Shown here: piece after piece, positions 59,962 through 64,000 of the stretch
Numbering within the stretch: position 1 is the first letter of the stretch
How the letters are laid out: each line of letters opens with the position of its first letter
DNA from: Cyanophora paradoxa CCMP329
Taxonomy: Eukaryota > Plantae > Glaucophyta
Reading direction: 5' to 3'
Length of the DNA: 64,000 nucleotides
Assembly: GCA_004431415.1 (NCBI GenBank)
Contig: QPMI01000641.1
Span: 1-64,000, forward strand
Program-made: the position numbers and the translations under genes
The notes under the pieces: generated by a model
Databases searched by the model: none
Told to the model about the DNA's origin: nothing
The model's input: the letters and a program-made list of their open reading frames with translations, nothing else

Positions 59962-62814
59962 TTAGGGGGCGGGGTTGGGGAACTCTTTGTAGACCTCCTG
60001 GATGTCCTGCGCGCCCGTGCCGCGAGGGACGGGGCGCGCGTAAGCCAGGCGGGCGGGGCGGGGTGGGGCGGGGCGGGGCGGGGCGGCGGGAGCGTGCCTT
60101 CATGAGCTCCTCGGAGAAGGCGTAGTTCGCGGCGGAGAGGTTCTCCTTCAGCTGGTCCATCCGCGTCTGCGCAGGCGCGCGGGAGGCTCCGGCTCAGACG
60201 CGGCGCAGGGCTCCGGGGCGCGGGGCGCCGGGGCCCGGAGCACGGGGGCTGGGCGGGGCGGGCGGGGGCGGACGGCGCCGATGATGGTGGAGGTGCAGAA
60301 CCAGCGCGAGATGCAGAACTGGAGCGCCATCACCGCCGGCGAGACCCCTGCCCAGGGCGGCCATCACCGCCCGCCCCGCAAGGCTCGCACCCGGGGGGAG
60401 GGGGGGGGCGGAATGAGGGGTACCGTGCTTCTTGGCGACGTCGAGGTAGGCCTTAATGGCCCGCTCGATGCGCGGGTCCCGGCAGTACCTGCGGCACCGG
60501 ACCCGGGTACGTGAGCCTCAAGAAGGGACTCGCAGGGGGGGTCGGGGGGGGGGGGGGTAAAGAAGGAAGGGGGTACCGGGCGCCGAAGTCCTTGAAGAGG
60601 GTGAGGCGGGCGCCCTCGGGCTCCTTCCCCCCCAGGTACTTGCCTGCGCCGCGCTCAGGGTTTAGAGGGGGGCGGACGCGGGCGGGGGGCGGCGGCGGGG
60701 GGGGCGCGCCGGTGAGGGCGCCGAATCCGAGGGGCGAGTAGGCGAGGAGGCCAACATCCTCTGCGGACCGTACCCCGGCCGGCCCGCCGCGTCGGGGCGG
60801 GAAGGCGAGGCGGGCGAGGCGCGGGGCGCGGGGCGGGGCGGGGGGGGGGGGGGGGGGGGGGCGGGACCGTGGTAGCAGGCCTCGGCGAGGTGCCCGTCGA
60901 AGACCCGGTTCAGCAGCGAGTACGCGTTCTACGAAGAGGGTGAGGGTGAGAGCCGGGGCGGGGCGCTCGGGGGCGGGGCGGGGCGGGGCGGGGGCGCGGG
61001 GATCGCGGGGGCGGGGGGGCACCTGGATGGAGACGACGTGGGAGCCCGGGGCGAGGCTCAGCTGCCGCGCCGCCTCCGCGAACTTCGTCACCCCTGCAGG
61101 CCCCGCCCCGCACCCCGTCCTCAGGCGGGGCGGGACGATGCGGGGGCGGGGGCGGGGGCGGGGCGGACCGTAAGGGGTCTCGTTGGAGAGGCCGACCGCG
61201 CGGATCTTGCCGGCGCTTCGGGCCGGGCCGGGGCAGGGCGGGGCAGGGCGGGCGGGGTGCGGGGTGCGGGGTGAGCAGGGGGCCGGACTCGGAGAGCGCT
61301 GGGCCGGGGGCGGGGGGCGGGGCGGGGGCACCGGACGAGCTCGTCGAGGGCGAGGAGCTGCTCCTCGATCGGCACCGTGTCCTCCTTCCGCTTGTCCGCC
61401 TGCCGCCCGGGGGCGCGGCTCGGCCTCGGCGGGGGCCCGGGGGCGGGGAGGGGCGGGAGGTGGGCAAGGGCGGGGCCTCCCGCACCATCTCCTTGACGTA
61501 CCTGCGCAAAGAGAGGCGCGTCAGCGGACAGTGCAGATGGAAAGGAAGGCCGCAAGCGGCGCACTCGACGCCGCCGAAGATGGGCACGTAGCGCTCGGGC
61601 CAGTGCAGCTGGTCTGCCGGCGGCGCGCGCGGCGGGTCAGAGGACGGGCGCCCGGGGCGGGGGTGGGGGGTGGGGCGGGGGTACGCGCACAGAGGTCGAT
61701 GTAGTCGGTCTGGAGGCGCTTCAGGCTCGCGTCCACCGCCTCGTTGATCTGCTGCCTGCGTGGGGTGGGGGGAGGGGATCAGGGGGGTACGCAGCGCGCG
61801 GTGCCGGGGCCGGGGCGGGCTTGTTGAGGGCGCGGCGGGGCCGGGAGGCGATCTTGGTCGCCACGATCACGTTCTCGCGCTTCTGCTTGCGCAGCCAGTG
61901 CCCGATGATCTGCCGCCGCCCGGCGGATCAGATCATATGATCAGGCCCCAGGGCGCCCAGCAACGGGACGGGCGGCCGGCCGCGCGCGGCGCGCACCTCC
62001 TCCGTCTTGCCCCAGCGCTCGCCCTCCCCAACCTGAGGACCGCGCCGGTGAGGGCCGCGCGCGGGGTCGCGCGCGGGTGCAGGGGTACGGGGCCGCACCG
62101 GGACGGGGTACATCTCCGCCGCGTCCAGGAAGTTGATGCCCGACGCCCACGCGTAGTCCTGCGCCCCGCACGGCTCGGACGGGCGCGGCACCGCACAGAG
62201 GGAAGGACGGGCGGCACCAGCTGCTCGTGAGCCTCCTCGAGCGTGTTCTGCCTGCCCCAGGTCATCGTCCCTGCGCCGCGCCGGGGGGTGAGCGCGCGCC
62301 CGCACAAGCGGGCAGGCGGGCGGGCGGGCGGGCGGGGGCCCGGGGAGGCACCGAGGCAGATGTCGGTCACCTTGATGCCCGACTTGCCCAGCTCCTTCAT
62401 CTGCGGCCGCGCGCGGTCAGCTCCCGCGACGCTCCGGCCGCGCTTCGCCCGCCCAGCTGCAGCGCACGTGCGCGACGCGCTCGCCTCCCCGCGCTTCCCG
62501 CGGCGGCGCACTTCTAGCTAAGCGGCATCTCTCGCGCGTATCGAGCGCGCGCGTCGCCATACCTTCAGATCATAGGAGTCCGTCTTGATCTTGGCGGACG
62601 CTTGGGCGGCAAGCGGCGAGGCGCTTGGGCTGGAGCTGCGAGCGACCTCCACGCGCACTGCGTGCTGGGAGAGCGAGGCCGCGAAGGACCGCGCCCTCGC
62701 GGGCTTCTTCAGCGCCGGCCTGGACTGGCACGCGCTGGACTGGGACGGGGCGATCAACACCGCATTGCTGGTCGCCGCCGCGACGGGCACGACGAACGCG
62801 GATCCGGAAGCCAT
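59962..62814 (-). CDS. Aldo-keto reductase (Tas-like) with a plastid transit peptide
   Basis: LGKSGIKVTDICLG-TMTWG.QN, GINFLDAAEMYP, TEE-IIGHW, VATKI, SLKRLQTDYIDL, HWPERY, GKIRAVGLSNET, QNAYSLLNR, LLAYSPLG.G.LTGKY, STIIGA..QLKEN; N-terminal MASGSAFVVPV is Ser/Ala/Arg-rich. Confidence 0.9.
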
Positions 62815-62890
62815 CGGCCTCAACTCTCTTTCGCTGGCGAATCACGCGTACCCCAAGACTCGACCCGCTCTCGCTCTGACGGCGCCGGCC

Positions 62891-64000
62891 ATGGCAGCAA
62901 ACCGCGCATGTCATCGAAAGCTAAAGGCGCTGGCCTACCCGAGGGCGTCGCAGTTCACAACAGGTGCGGGGCAGCGCGTATGAGGCCGAGCGCGCCTCAC
63001 GCGCTCGCAGAGGACGAAGAAGTACGCGCGCTCGTCGTGTGGCTCGAGGACATGAAGATCCGACAGTGCGCCAGCGTTCTCCCGCCCTCGTCCCATGCGT
63101 CATACGCACCGCGCTCCACAGCTACCCGATCGAGGGCCGGGAGCCGCTCCGGACGTTCAACGCGGAGTGGGGCAAGGTCTTCGCGAAGGTCCGCCGCGCG
63201 GATGGCGCCCCGCGGGCCCGCGCGGCCGGCCCGACGCGGGCGCAGTACCTGGCTGAGCTGGAGTGCCCGCTGGCGGTGGGGGCGGAGGTGAAGCCGCCGT
63301 ACAGCGCCCAGCTGGTCGATTGGATCGTCGGGCACGCCGTCTACCTCGAGCACCAGGACCGAGGCGCGCCGCCGCCGCCCGCCGCCGCCGCCTGTTGCCG
63401 GGCGTGCGCGGGTCGAGCCGCCGCCCGTCCGCAGCGAAGGAGGTCAACGAGGCGGCGAAGCAGTTCGCGGCGCAGCAGAAGGCGGCGGGGCGGCCCAAGG
63501 GACCCGCCGCCTCCTCCTCGAAGGCGTCCGGGCCGCCCGTCCCCCTAGACCGTGCGCCGCCCGCCCGCCCCTCGCGGCGCCCGGCGCCGCGCCGACGATT
63601 GCGGCGGGCGGGGCAGTGGGGTCGGAGGAGCTGCGGGGGGCGCTGGCGGAGCTCGCGGCGGTGCTGAAGCAGCCGACGGAGGGCCGCGACGCAGCTGCCC
63701 TGCTCCAGGTGCCTGGCCCCTCCCGCCCCCCTCCCGCCTCCAGGCCGCGCCGGCGCGGGGCGAGGCGAGCGAGCGGGCGGGCGCGGGGGCAGGCGGCGGC
63801 GGACGTGATTGAGCGGAAGTTCAGCGCGGCAGCGGTGGCGGCGGCGACGGGCAAGGGGCCCAAGCCGGTCCCCGGGACCCCCGACCCGCAGCTGCCCGCC
63901 GACCTCTTCCCCCTGGGCTTCGAGACCGGCGGCACGCCCCGCCCCGCCCCGCCCGCGGCCCCGCCGGCCCCGGGCCGCCGCTGAGGGCCCCGCCGGCAGA
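62891..64000 (+). CDS. RTRAF: RNA transcription, translation and transport factor (C14orf166/CGI-99) homolog, runs off the window end
   Basis: RKLKALAYP, VVWLEDMKIR-YPIEGR..LR, YLAELECP, VDWIVGHAVYLE, FPLGFETG; head-to-head with the AKR gene (76 bp apart). Confidence 0.85.

Overview
Eukaryotic, very GC-rich and intron-dense nuclear DNA. A glaucophyte such as Cyanophora is the best guess, inferred only from an MASGSAFV-type plastid transit peptide. Host genes: an ABCC/MRP transporter (787-8588), a very large multi-exon type I membrane protein with FN3 and Pmp-like repeats (~10129-50183), an unknown repeat protein (~52060-59465), a plastid-targeted Tas-like aldo-keto reductase (62814-59962) and RTRAF/C14orf166 (62891->end). 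The dominant feature is a 26,138-bp AT-rich endogenous Polinton-like virus at 20574-46711. It sits inside a coding exon of the large membrane-protein gene, with a 6-bp TSD (GCGGCG) and ~1.48-kb near-identical TIRs. It encodes pPolB, an AEP primase/SF3 helicase, an A32-like packaging ATPase, a major capsid protein, two head-to-head penton paralogs and fibre/C1q proteins. Its unusual properties are: (i) both ends are 28-bp perfect hairpins; (ii) the pPolB has lost its three proofreading exonuclease motifs while the polymerase motifs are intact, and it co-occurs with a primase-helicase; (iii) only an N-terminal stub of an integrase remains; (iv) a G-quadruplex/cruciform module occurs three times per TIR and once internally; (v) giant-virus-like AAAATTGA boxes and an element-specific promoter motif precede several genes; (vi) a 1.2-kb non-autonomous Helitron2-like element has inserted into a viral fibre gene. 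Small MITEs and a probable excision footprint lie in host intergenic DNA. All family assignments come from motifs recognised by eye; no database searches were run.
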